This document shows positions 13,255-25,861 of a DNA stretch of 64,000 bases, piece by piece (position 1 is the first letter of the stretch; every line of letters starts with the position of its first letter). This DNA is from Leucoraja erinacea. Lineage: Eukaryota. The stretch spans positions 67,952,001-68,016,000 of the forward strand of contig NC_073380.1 of NCBI RefSeq assembly GCF_028641065.1, written 5' to 3'. Position numbers and translations under genes: made by a program. The notes below the pieces were generated by a model. It saw only the letters and a list, made by a program, of their open reading frames with translations. It searched no databases and had not been told where the DNA came from.

Positions 13255-13320
13255 GGTCTGAAGAAAGGACTCGACCCGAAATGTCACCCATTCCTTCTCA
13301 CCAGAGATGCTGCCTGTCTA
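13255..13320 (+). mobile_element. Penelope terminal-repeat fragment with hammerhead-like core
   Basis: ggtCTGAAGAaaggactcgacccGAAAtGTCaccc. Confidence 0.75.
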
Positions 13321-14212
13321 TCTTCTGTCAATAATGTTGGTTTTATTAAGCTTTTAATTCTGCAAAACATCCGTTCTGGTGCATTTTACATACATATACA
13401 TCTACTGGCTCGACAAAATGTAAATTGTTCTTTAACTGTTTTAACACCACAGGTGCCCATTGCAGTGAAAATGAATCCTCTTTCATGTGAAAAGCATGAA
13501 GTTAACGATAAGCTTGCAGTTGTTTGATCTGAGACCGCTTTAAGCTACAACATATATACGCAGGATGCAAAGGAACCATCCAGTTATCTGAAGTCAAATT
13601 TTTGGATTAATTGCACCGGTTTTCGATTTTAGAAGGGAAAAAAATCCCACCAGTGTGCACTATGCTATTTAACCTGCATTGTAACCTGCCGTACCAGACC
13701 GTCCAGCTCAGTGCTTTGTTCTTCCTCGGGTTAATAGAAATTGTGAAGATGGGCAGAGAAGATGCAGTGTAATTTTCTGCTATTTAAGCTTGGTGAAATG
13801 GCACTCTTCAGGAAGCAGCAGAAGTATGAAAGTGTAATAGGCATTTTAAAAGTAGGAGTCCATATAGATGCTTCAGGGATTCTCAGATTTAGGCATGCAT
13901 AGAATTTGGAATGAGATAATCAGCATTGTGAAATTGAAACCTGTCTGCTGCCTGCTGCTGTTACTCTTCTCACTGCAGAATGATTTGTAACACTCATCTT
14001 CTTGAAGCAATGCAGCCTTCAAGATTATCCAGCACTGTCAATAGTAATTGTGAAAGTATTTTATTACCGACAGAAATCAAGGATATTTATAACCAGCCGT
14101 GATCCAGTTTCAATGTTGAAGTATGAAAAAGCAATCTTTTTTTGAAATATGCTGCTTTCCCTAATCTTTTTTAACATGGTGATTGTATGACTGCTTTTTT
14201 TCCTGTTATTTT

Positions 14213-14238
14213 TAGAGAGAGAGAGAGACAGAGAGAGA
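14213..14238. repeat. (GA)n microsatellite
   Basis: Seen directly. Confidence 0.9.
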
Positions 14239-15721
14239 ATCTAAGAATTCATTGGAAAATTGTGAGGCTATCTATGAGGTTCTGGATCATTATTTATAGG
14301 TGATAAACAATAATGAGAACAGCTTTGCTATGGAAATATAAAATGCACACAAGACTCTGTTTAAAAGCTGTGAATAATCGCAATCAATACTTTAGAAACT
14401 GGCTACTTGCTTTAATTCCAGCTTTCACTGAAATTAGAGAGAATGAATGGATAGCAATAGAAGTGTTTCTGTAATTGTCTATTAAGCTGAATGCCACCTT
14501 CTTTGGCCTGAAAAGCTTTAATAGTTTTTGGGCATGCCACTAGGTGGAGTATCACACAAAAGGAAGGTTTTCAGGGGTTTGGGGGAGGAAAGACAACCTG
14601 GTATTGTACAGCTTAACTGTGAGAATTAAAACTCTTGCCAACTGATTAATTGTTAGTGATTGCAGAGCAGACTACAACCCAGACCCACATCTTGTCACAG
14701 CTGGAGAACGATTCCTGATGGCCCATAACGGCTGAGGGTGATGTTTCACATTACATTACACTATTCCGGCTCGATTGTGAGCAGGTCGAAGCCAGAGGCA
14801 ATGTGCAGTGATTTGTCAGAAACAATGAGCAAGACCATGATGTGCGATATTGCATTAAATCACTCCAGGTAGACAATGATCTGTAATGTTGCATTACAAT
14901 GGCCTGGATGGAGAGCAGAATGTGACACTGTGCGTAACCGGCAGGTCAGGAAAGTGCGTCAACATCCCAGCAGCAATGCGAGCGAGTGAGTGTCAACACA
15001 GGATAATGGTTAAAATACAGCCTTCCAGTCAGAGTCAGTGACTCTTCCATTGCATTCTTGTGGATAGCAAAGGGGCCTGAGTGACTGTATAGGAATAAAA
15101 CCTGCAAAAAATCCCTTCAGTTGCTTATAAATAACATTAATAGGCTTAATAATTAAAGATTTCTCTAAGAGTATTGTTCCATGGTTTGTTTCTGAAAATT
15201 CACTAATTTTGGACTTTATCCCAAGGAGTTGCTCATTATGGTACGAGTCTAAGTTGTGATTGTCTGCGCGTCTTTCAGTGTTTTACTTCCAAATCCAATG
15301 TCATCTGAATTCCAACATCACCAGACATCTGTGTATTAGTGGCCAGCAAGCGGAATTATTTAATGGTTACTTCTCAGTCACCAATTTCAACACTGTGTCA
15401 GTTACCCAAACTTGGCATAGAATGAACACGTGTCCTTCTGGTGCGGCACTAAATTTAGTTAGTAAATTTTCAGGAAAATTTATATTTCTTTTAAAAAAAT
15501 GGCAGTCGACAGAATAGACCATTAACATCAGCTGTTCCCCGAATAAGAGAAAAAACAAGGCAAGTGATTCCTTAAGGTTATTCTGACATTAAATAAGGTC
15601 ATACGTGATACTTGATCTTCATCTTTCCACCTGATTACCTATGTCTTCGGATGCACTGGAATGAACCAGGTAATACACCAGCCTAACTTTGCAGACCCTC
15701 TAAACTGCCAATCTGGCAGAA

Positions 15722-16165
15722 GTTTTAGTTTAGAGAAACAGCATGGAAACAAGCCCTTTGGCCCACCGAGTCCACGTCAACAATCGATCACTCATTAATA
15801 CTAGGTAAATTTTACACACACCAAATCCTATATTTTCAGCGGCAGAAGTCCGCAGGAACTGGAGGACAGAGATGAGTGGTGCGTCCGTCAGTGTTCTCGT
15901 TGGAAACCAGCATCACTGCGTCGCTAATGTTTTCAACGATGATGATTGACTGACAATGTTATCCCACTTTCTCGTCCACTCCCTACACACTAGGGGCAAT
16001 TTACAGAGGCCAATTAACCTACAAATCCACATGTCTGTGGGATATGGGAGGAAACCAAAGCACCCTGAGGAAACACACTGTCACACACTGCTAACTCCAC
16101 ACAAACAGCATCCAAGGTCAGGACTGAAAGGCAGCGGCTCTACTAGTTGCACCATTGTCATGCTC
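15722..16165 (-). mobile_element. V-SINE interrupted by a ~150-bp insert (15805-15955)
   Basis: The halves join at ..actag | atgttatcccactttctc, as in the uninterrupted copy near 10660. Confidence 0.75.
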
Positions 16166-16309
16166 ACAGAGTAAGTGTCTAATTTTAGCAGGTTGCTCCC
16201 TTTACAATCTTGATTGCATCTTAAAAGCTGGATGAAATTTCCAGCTTGGTCCTACAAGAGCTGGGGTACAAATGTATACCGTATCATGTGCCAAGTGAAG
16301 ATTTCCAAG

Positions 16310-16668
16310 TTAGAGTCTGAGACTCATACAGTGTGGAAAAAGGCCATTCGGCCCAACTTGCCCATACCGACAAACATGTCCCATCTACACTGGTCTCACC
16401 TGCCTGCGTTTGACATATCCCTCTGAACCTGGCCTATCCATGTACCTGCTTAAACGTTTCTTACACTTTGCAATAGTACCTGCCTCAACTACCTTCTCCG
16501 GCAGCTCGTTGTATACACTCGCCACCCTTTGCGTAAAAAAAAAGTTGCCCCTCAGGTTCCTATTCCCCCCTCACCTTAAAATGATGTCCTTTGGTTCTCA
16601 ATTCCCCTAGTCTGGGCAAGAGACTCTGTGCGTTTACCCGATTCTATTCCTCACATAATTTTGTACAC
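16310..16668 (-). mobile_element. CR1 LINE 3' fragment
   Basis: Reverse complement of the same 3' end seen at 55280-55555. Confidence 0.8.
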
Positions 16669-17629
16669 GCATTGCAATGCTTCACTAATGGAGTTCAGTT
16701 AAAGAAAGGCTACAGTGGTGAAGGCTGAGCTATTTATTTTCAGCATGTAACTCTGGATTGAGTGTTGCAACATTCAGCTCTTGGGCTGTATTTGAAGAAA
16801 GATTCACATGATAAGCTCATCCAGGAGTGTGAGCACAGGGAACTGGCCCGTTTCTGCATCACTCACCAGATCGAAGTAAAGCTTAATAACATTAAACCAA
16901 TACCTGTTTGAAAGATTTGTTTTACAGAACCTTTAAAAGTGCTTTGGATGTACATGCATTGATTTTGTTCAAATCTCCTGAGCTTTGATGGAAAAACAGA
17001 TTCCATAGATGCCACACGGCAATGACCCCTCCCCCTTCCACCAGTTTTCTTCCATAAATGCAAAATAATTGAATATTATCATGATATTGAAATAATCAGG
17101 GACACAGAGTAATAATCTTGGCCTCGAGCCAGTGTTATTGTTTTCTTAGGTCACACAATCAGTTCAAACAATTCTTATTGACTTTCACTTTCTGTGTTCT
17201 GCCATTACGCAAAGTTTGTGTTATTAATCACAACCATATGCTGTAAATTGCTATTGAAAATTAAATGCATTGCCTCTGCCATGTATAGAGATATCACCAT
17301 TGAAGAAATGTTAAAGAAAACATTACCAGTTTGCAAAATGAATATTTAGTGATTCCATGTATCTGGAAATGAATATTCATTTCACAAATTACGAAAGTTC
17401 TTTCTATCACATTACTTCATTGGAGGCTGAATAAACATTTGAGTTGAAGACGTAAAAACATCAATAGTTTTCTGAAGCTGGGTTCAAATGTCCTGCAGCC
17501 ATTGACCCATTATGTTACACAGATGTTACAGAGCAATGTACGTCGACAGCAAGAGGTAAATAGTATAATTTTAATAGATTTAACCTCTGTAAGCCCAGTT
17601 TTTGACTCAAACAATATGCAGTACTTATA

Positions 17630-18748
17630 GGTACACAAAAATGCTGGAGAAACTCAGTGGGTGCAGCAGCATCTATGGAGCGAAGGAAATAGGCGACATT
17701 TCGGGCCAAAACCCTTCTTCAGACTGATGGGTGGGGGGGAGAAGGAAGTAAAAAGGGAGGAGGAGGAGCCCGAGGGCCGGGGGATGGGAGGAGGCTGCTC
17801 GAGGGTTAAGGAAGGGGAGGAGACAGCAAGGGCTAGCAAAACTGGGAGAATTCAATATTCATGCCATCCGGACGCAAGCAACCCAGGCGAAATATGAGGT
17901 GATGTTCCTCCAATTTCCGGTGTTGCTCACTCTGGCAATGGAGGAGACCCAGGACAGAGAGGTCGGATTGGGAATGGGAGGGGGAGTTGAAGTGCTGAGC
18001 CACCGGGAGTTCAGGTAGGTTATTGCGGACTGAGCGGAGGTGTTCGGCGAAACGATCGCCCAACCTCCGCTTGGTCTCCCTGATGTAAATCAGCTGACAT
18101 CTAGAGCAGCGGATGCAGTAGATGAGGTTGGAGGAGATACAGGTGAACCTTTGTCGCACCTGGAACGACTGCTTGGGTCCTTGAATGGAGTCGAGGGGGG
18201 AGGTGAAGGGACAGGTGTTGCATTTCTTGCGGTTTCAACGGAAAGTGCTCGGGGAGGGGGTGGTGCGGGAGGGAAGGGAAGAATAGACAAGGGGGTTGCG
18301 GAGGGAGCGGTCTTTGCGGAAGGCAGACATGGGGGGAGATGGGAAGATGTGGCGAGTGGTGGGGTCACGTTGGAGGTGGCGGAAATGGCGGAGGATTATT
18401 TGTTGTATTTGCCGGCTGTTGGGGTGAAAGGTGAGGACTAGGGGGACTCTCCCCTTGTTGCGGGTGCAGGGATGGGGAGAGAGAGCAGTGTTGCGGGATA
18501 TGGATGAGACCCTGGTGCGAGCCTCATCTATGGTGGTGGAGGGGATTCCCCGTTCCCTGAAGAACGAGGACATTTCCGATGCCCTGGTGTGGAACGTCTC
18601 ATCCTGGGAACAGATGCGGCGTAGGCGGAGGAATTGGGTGTAGGGGATGGAGTCTTTACAGGGGGCAAAGTGGGAAAACATGTAGTCCAGATAACCGTGT
18701 GAGTCAGTTGGTTTGTAGTGTATGTCGGTCAGAAGTCTGTCCCCTGCG
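17630..18748 (-). mobile_element. Penelope-like retroelement, 5'-truncated, with TSD
   Basis: RT thumb (YKPTDSHGYLDY..IPYTQFLRLRRICS) and GIY-YIG (LIYCIRCSRCQLIYIRETKRRLGDRFAEH..HLIFRLGCLRPDGMN). ATGCAGTACTTATA repeated at 17616-17629 and 18749-18762. Confidence 0.95.
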
Positions 18749-19582
18749 ATGCAGTACTTATACATTGCCCAGTGTGTGCTGCTCATGTTTTATTCTGCCG
18801 GGCGAATGAGGATTAATGTTTCATGGCATATGGCATCCAGGAGAATTTCCAAGATTAAAAAAGTGCAAGCAAGTCACCGATTTTTATGTCTTTTCTGCTC
18901 CCCTTTTTATTGGCTGTGAAATAAATGTTTTTATATGGCTCGTTTATTACTACTGAAATGAGCATTAGAAAATATTTATTTTCAGCAGACATTATGTAGA
19001 TAAGGCCTTGTACATAATTCCATTGTGTGATCCATGACCCATGTAGGATATGAATCTAGCAGCTGGTAGCATGCTAATTATTTGTTAAAGATGCACTGTA
19101 TGGGCGTAGTATACATAATTTAATAATTCAGCATCCTGCTTTATGTTCTTTGAAATTAGGCATTTTCTCCTGCATAATTCTCCTTAAACTGGCACCCAGG
19201 TTCAAATGCTTGCACGGAGGAGGTCTTGTGGTAAAACCTTTCTCTTTACCACAAAGGGGTTTGAGATTGGAAAGCGAGTAATTTAAGTTATCAGTTACTT
19301 CTTAGCAACTGGCTCGAGAGCAGTCAGGCAGCTCAAGATTTCTGATGGTCATTCTCGTCACAGAAATGGTGGCACTGGGGTCATGCTTTAGGGTTGTACT
19401 TTAAAACCAAATGAATTTGAGCAGGTTTACAAAAGAAATCTACAAGTTAGAGGTTTTGACGACTGTGCGTTAATTCCAGATGAGCCGTTAGAGAGTAGCC
19501 ATCTGTTTGAAACAGCTACAGCAAAGAGCTATTGTCATCCAAGCCTCTTAAGCAGCGTGACTGGGACATTTGAGCACTTAAA

Positions 19583-19800
19583 AAAATAGACACAAAGTGC
19601 TGGAGTAACTCATCGGGTCAGGCAGCATCTCTGGAGAAAAAGGATGGGTGATGTTTCGGGTCGGGACCCTTCTTCACACAACCCTGACCCAAAACGCTAC
19701 CCATGCTTTTTCTCCAGAGATGCTGCCTGCCTCGCTGTGTTACTCTAGCACTATGTGTCTATTGTTTTGGTATAAATCAGCATCTGCGGTTCCTTTCTGC
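19583..19800. mobile_element. Inverted pair of Penelope terminal repeats (hairpin mini-element)
   Basis: agacacaaagtgctggagtaactc..gcagcatctctggagaaaa mirrored by ttttctccagagatgctgc..gttactctagcactatgtgtct. Confidence 0.8.
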
Positions 19801-20754
19801 ACTTATGTGCAATTGTGTGAGAGATCAACACTGCTGCTCAGGTACAAAGCCTCTGGCAGGGACACAACAGCCAGCTAACCACCTGTTCAACCCCCAGGAC
19901 AGAATGGGACAGAATGGGAAAGAGAGGAGAAAGTGAACTTTAAAATGGGCAAAAAAAAATTGAAAAGCTCAATTGAAAACAATTACAACTAGAAATATTG
20001 TGTAAGCATTTTCATACATAATTTTCAAAAAGTTGAATGCATTTGTTGGACCAGTTAAAACAGAGCCAAGCAAACAGAAAACAAATTCATCCTGCAAATT
20101 TCAGTACTTGCCAGTAAAACAGTTATGAAATCCAAGTATATATTTTTTTAAAGCCAAATAGAGCCAGTCTGATCACTTTTGCAAACATTTTTTAAATCCA
20201 AATTGGATATATTTAAAACGTGGACTACACACAATGGGTTGTTCTTCCAAGGTTATCTTTGTACTGCACATCCCAGGTGATATGTCTCCAAACAGCCGAA
20301 AGTGGCTTTTGGAGAAAAACAACACAAATATTGCTGCAAGCAAGTGGACTCGGCCACTTCCAGTCAATTAACTCTATCCAGACTCATAATCTGTTTATTT
20401 TAGTGGTCATGGTTAAAATATTTATGATAGAGGGAACTCTATTGTTAAAGGAGCCCTTATCTCAAAGAAAGGTCTTAGAAATGTTAGAATACAAAATGTC
20501 AGATCAAGGAATTTCACAGACCATGGATTTTAGTCGAAGCAATCAAATAGATTGAAGTTGTTGAAATAACGCAGAAATTAGTTTTGGCAATTGGTTGCAT
20601 TAAGGAGCATAAACTGGAGGATATTAATCTTCGATGGATTAATGGATTAAATGTGTGATGACAAGTTGGCATATGAGGGCAGAATTCACTTTCCTTAATG
20701 ACGGGACCAGTAAAAGTAACGTGGGTTTGATATAAGTCTGCATGACTTGAACTG

Positions 20755-21190
20755 GTGCTGGCTATTCCATAGAGGGACAGGGTAGGAAGAAAGGAAGGTG
20801 GTGGCAATATTATTCAGAGATTCAATTACGTCACTGGATCTTGGGAATCATACTGGACATGGTCCAAAAACAGAATATGTTTGGTCACAGTTGGAGAATA
20901 CGAAGGGAATAATTAATGTTTTGGAATAAAATTATACATTGCAGAGCTGCGGACAGGAGATAGAAAAGGGAACATAGATTAATTAGTGAAAATTGAGTAA
21001 CATTAATTTGTGATTTCAGTTATCAAAAAATAAATTGAGGTAAAAGCAATATTTAACTGACAAGACATTTAAGAAATCACTGCCATATGCTTGGCACTGC
21101 TTCCTAGATCTGCTTGTTTTCATCCATCAAGGAAAGTCATGCTCCAGAAAAGGAACTTGTGCTATTACACGTTGGATAACATCTCAGAAA
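20755..21190 (+). mobile_element. Ancient CR1 endonuclease-region fragment
   Basis: Degenerate RDRVGRKxGG and GDFxYxxINW-like codons. Confidence 0.45.
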
Positions 21191-21199
21191 CAGTGACTA

Positions 21200-21740
21200 T
21201 CATAAGGTCATGAGTGATATGAGCAGATTTAGACCATTCGGCCCTTCGTGGCTGATCTATCTCTTCCTCCTAACCCCATTCTCCTGCCTTCTCCACATAA
21301 CCCCTGACATCTGTACTAATCAAGAATCTATCAATCTCTGCCTTAAAAAATATGCATTGACGGCCTCCACAGCCATCTGTGGCAAAAAATTCCACAGATT
21401 CACCACCCTCTGACTAAATAAATTCCTCCTCGTCTCCTTCCTAAAGGAACGTCCTTTAATTCTGAGGTTATGACCTTGAGTCCTCGACTCTCCCACTCGA
21501 GGAAACATCCTCTCCCACTCGAGGAAACATCCTCTCCACATCCACAGTATCCAAGCCTTTCACGGTTCTGTACGTTTCAATGAGGTCCCCCTCATTCTTC
21601 TAAACTCCAGTAAGTATAGGCCCAGTGCCGTCAAACGCTCATCGCATGTTAATCCACTCATTCCTGGGATCATTCTTGTAAATCTCCTCTGGACCCTTTC
21701 CCGAGCCAGCACATCCCTCCTCAGATAGCACATCCTTCCT
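21200..21740 (-). mobile_element. CR1 LINE 3' fragment
   Basis: MFPRVGESRTQGHNLRIKGRSFRKETRRNLFSQRVVNLWN. Contains a 22-bp tandem duplication near 21489-21532. Same subfamily as 44848-45277. Confidence 0.9.
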
Positions 21741-22809
21741 TCTTCCTGTTATGTGTATGTGAAAAGCGGCATGAACATTTGAAAATGAAAAAATCGAAGA
21801 CTGACTGTGTAAAAAGTATCTTCAATGAGATGATGTGAAGATGTTTCACAAATTGGAGGACTGCAGAATGGGGGATTTAAGGAGATGGCCCTTTGGCACT
21901 CGAGAAAAATACAAAATTGAGGTAACATCCCGATGTTGAGTTGAAGCCTTTTTCTTCTTGGATAGCTGGATTTTACTCAAATGACCTTTGGCATATCTAC
22001 CACAGAGTGCCATGCATGCTGATCATTGGAAAATTCATTGCTGTAAAAGACCGAGTTTTAAACAATGGGTAAATCAAGGAATACAAATAGAAAATGCTGG
22101 ATTTACTCAGAAAAATGCAGTCAATGTTTTCAGGTTGACTATCCAGGCAAGAAAGTAGTATTAAGGTCTAAAGTCAACTGTGTCATTACTTTATTGAATG
22201 ACTGAATGGGCAGATGGTCCTATGTGGCCATCTGCTTCTCCCCATTTGTCAGGACCCAAAGGAAAACCAAATAAATAAATATATGAATGGAAGCAGAAAA
22301 TAAAAACTAGAAACGTTAACAGAGGGGTATGAATGAAGCCCTGCATGTAATTGAAAGGGAAACAGTAAAATATTTTGGGAGGTATCCGAGAAATAGCTCA
22401 CAGTAAAGATTGGGCCTTATTTAAAGATTTTTTAAAGAAAATGGAGAGTGAAGGAATTCTGAAGAAACAAAAGGAATACATTTTCTTAGTTTGACGGGTG
22501 AATGTGCAAAAAAGTTAGAAGAGATTGAGTTCTCACAATAGTGCCTTAGATGTGGAGGTGAGGTATGATTGGGAATTTCAATAGCTGCAGATCTGTAAAG
22601 GAAATGGAAGACCAAAGAGGAGATAGATGAGCCACTGAGAGGGTAAATGCAAATATTTGCCAGATTTGGACACAGGGAGCTCAAGTGCTTGGAGAGGAAA
22701 GTCGTGGAAGAAGAACAATACACAGAACACAGATACAAAAAGCCACTTTATTGGCTTAATCCATTTACTCTGCCGTGGACTACAAGAGAGTCTTCAAAAG
22801 ACAACAGAT

Positions 22810-22900
22810 AGTTTGAAAAATGGTCTCGACTTAAAACATCGCCCATCCCTTCTCTCCAGAGATGCTGCCTGCCCCGCTGAATTGCTCCAGCTTTTTGTGC
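22810..22900 (+). mobile_element. Penelope terminal-repeat fragment (degenerate)
   Basis: ggtctcgac..ccttctctccagagatgctgcctg. Confidence 0.7.
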
Positions 22901-23732
22901 CTATAACATATAGCTTGATCTACTTAACAGCTGGCTATCATGTTATATTTTTCTCTGCTGACTTCACAATGGGTCTGGAGGTAGTAACCCAACTCAAACT
23001 CACTGTCTTCATCATTCCCACCTTGGACTTGGGCAGAGCGGCCTATTCTGTTACTACTGAGCCTAAGCCCTACCTTAAATTTTGACCCATTCGCCATAAC
23101 CATGCTTGACTTTTACATCATCTGCAATCCCATTTTTAGACTTTTGAAAACACAAATTTACTTATTACTTCTTAAGCAGCTGCCGTAATTACATTCCTTT
23201 CGTAAATGCTTTCAATTTAGTCCCAGTTACTATTTTGGTTCCAACTTTTTAGTTCCCTTTCTAATGTTGCTACACCAAGCACCTCCTGACCATGCCAGAG
23301 GAACTGATAGCCAAGGAACCACTGCACTGCCAAACAACTGCAGCCCAAGAATCCATCGCCCACTTTCTCTCCAGCTGAAACAACAAGGCAGCAAGCAGCT
23401 GAAATAAAAGACCAGTAAAGAGGTATCCAGGCGAGGAGCGACAAATGAAGTACAATTGAAAAACAAATAGAGAGAAGAAAATGCAAAAATAACGATGTAG
23501 GAAAAACAAAAATAACTGTCGGGTAATTATATTGTCCAGGGAACAGACTGAAAACTAAATAAAATCCAGTGATAATAGGTTAAGTCTTATATCTTTTTTA
23601 AAGGGTTATCATTATGGAAAATTGGGAAGTATATTTTTTAAAAAGTTACTAAAGTATCCCTTGCTCTGAAAAAGAAGGATATATTAAAAAAGCACAGAAA
23701 GTAAATCTTAGGGTTTCTGCGTGTTTTCTGAT

Positions 23733-24635
23733 ATTTATTTATTTTATTATTATTATTTTTTTAATTTTATTAGAAGCAATTGTACAAAGATAAAAACATT
23801 CGGCATCTATAATTATACAATTATTGTACAGTTTCATTTTTAACCTTATAACCTAAATTATAGAAATGAAAAAAAGGAAAGAATGGGAAAGCAAGAAAGG
23901 AAGGAAGTAAAAAGTGGAAAGATAAAGGAGAACAAGAGAAAGTCCCCTAAACTACCAAAGCAGTGTAGCAGAAAGATAGAGGAATTTTAAAAAAGTAAAG
24001 TGGAGATATACCTTTCCCCTCTGATATACCTAATGTGATCAGTTTTACATCGGGGTCCAATTTAGTTTTAGGTATTTTGGAAAAGGTGTCAAAAATTCCC
24101 CTCCAGAAGTTTTGTAACTTTGTGCAGGAAGCAAAAGAATGGGTTATAGTCGCTTCTTGGAGGAGCCATTTATCACAAATAGGAGAGACAATTGGGAAGA
24201 TCTTGTTCAATTTAGACTTTGAGTAATAGAGTCTGTGCAGTATTTTAAATTGTATCAGGGAGTACCTAACATTAAGAGAACAGTAATGTATGTATAAAAG
24301 GCTTTCCTCCCAACTATCCTCTGAAATTGTTAAACCCAATTCGTCTTCCCATGCTCGCCTAATTATTTCCGAAGATGGGATATGTGCAGTTAAAAGGGTA
24401 TTGTAAATGCAGGATATTAACTTACTTGTATCCGCCTTTCTATTCATGCATTCGTCTAATATATCTGGGCCCATACAATGACAGTCTTGCGTGTGTGTTT
24501 TCACATAGTCTCGGATTTGAAGATATCTAAAAAAATTACTAACTTTCAAATGATATTTCATCTGTAATTCTTGAAATGAGAGGAAGATCCCCTTCTCATA
24601 AAGAACTCCCAGTTTTTTAATTCCTAGGCTTTATA
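23733..24635 (-). mobile_element. L1-clade LINE 3' fragment
   Basis: ORF 23947-24561: FFRYLQIRDYV..WEDELG..QFKILHRLYYS..CDK..THSFASCTKLQNFW (L1 C-terminal Cys/His region). AATAAA and an A-rich tail on the minus strand near 23735-23772. Confidence 0.85.
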
Positions 24636-25177
24636 CCGATATATTTAAAAGTAAATTGCTGCTGTGGATTTGTTGAAGGTCTAATAACGGTCCAACCTAG
24701 TTAACCTACAGGTACATGCAACATACTGAAATCATCCCCTTTGCCTCCAGGCAGTTATAGAGCTAATGCCCTTCTGTTGGGTTTAATGCCCTGATGCACA
24801 ACAAAGGATGAGAAACAGGCAGATGCAAATCTAGTTTACTGAGATACTATACAGTTAAGTGGTTTCATCAGGAAAATGGAAGAACTGATAATTGCCTGCA
24901 CATGCCATTAGAGTATGTGTTTGTTTTGTTAGAATTGTTCATAATTGAATCCTATTCTAGTGTAGCAACTTAAGTACTTGCTTCACAAAATAACGTTTTC
25001 CCTCAAGTTTTCCTCAATTAATCACATATCAATTAGTGTGCTGGAATGGTGAATGCCCAAGATAATAGTTTTTCTTAAAAATAAAGGCCATTATGTTGCT
25101 GTGAAATTACTGCTCCTAAAATATATTATTATGTACTTTCTAATTCACATTCAAAGAGATAATGATACAGACTAAAA

Positions 25178-25372
25178 ATAATAACAGAAAATGCTAGAAA
25201 TACTCATTAGGTCAGGATGTACATATGGACAACAAAAAAAATGTTTCAAGTCAACAACCTTTCAGCAAACTCTTCAACACAACTTCCTCCCCCATACTGA
25301 CTGACTGATGTGCTGGGGGGGTTTTGCCCAGCATTTTCTGTTTTTTTTCAGGTTTTTGACATCTGCACTTTG
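25178..25372. mobile_element. Old palindromic Penelope-derived mini-element
   Basis: aacagaaaatgctagaaatactca mirrored by cagcattttctgtt. Confidence 0.55.
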
Positions 25373-25482
25373 GGAAACATTTTTGATGCTAACCTTGAGC
25401 TCATCAGCTTGACCCTGCATGACAACAAAAACACTAAAAACATTACAGCAAACGCACATGGTGAAGAGAAAGAGTAACTTAC

Positions 25483-25545
25483 CCCATTCTTGGCATTTAA
25501 CTCACAGGCATAAAACCCACATTCAATCAGTGCCCCAGCGCTCAC
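25483..25545 (-). CDS. Candidate isolated 63-nt exon (VSAGALIECGFYACELNAKNG), gene unknown
   Basis: Acceptor tttcccacacaactttcatcAG, donor GGG|GTAAGT, length divisible by 3, only one frame open, unique sequence. Confidence 0.3.
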
Positions 25546-25861
25546 CTGATGAAAGTTGTGTGGGAAATCTATTATTATATTCCTCGTGGTGTCCAGTGGA
25601 GGTGCTTGACTGCGAGGTTCCGTACATCTCCAGTCATGCAGGAGTCCTGGGTTAGTTATTACCCATAAGTGTAAATTCCAGTAGCTTTATTCCAGCAGAA
25701 TTATTGGGAAATCCCAGCAAATTCTGGGCCATTTTCTTATCCATGATCAAGGATGAACAACAAGCTATTCCAAACACCAGTGACCAAAAATAGATCATGG
25801 ATCCAATGTTAATCATGGTGTGTGTTTAAAATATGTACAAATAAAAAAAAGGTTAGATTGT

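Noticed and set aside
25546-25575. CTGATGA..GAAA as a hammerhead core
   Set aside because: No convincing stem II or stem I pairing around it.
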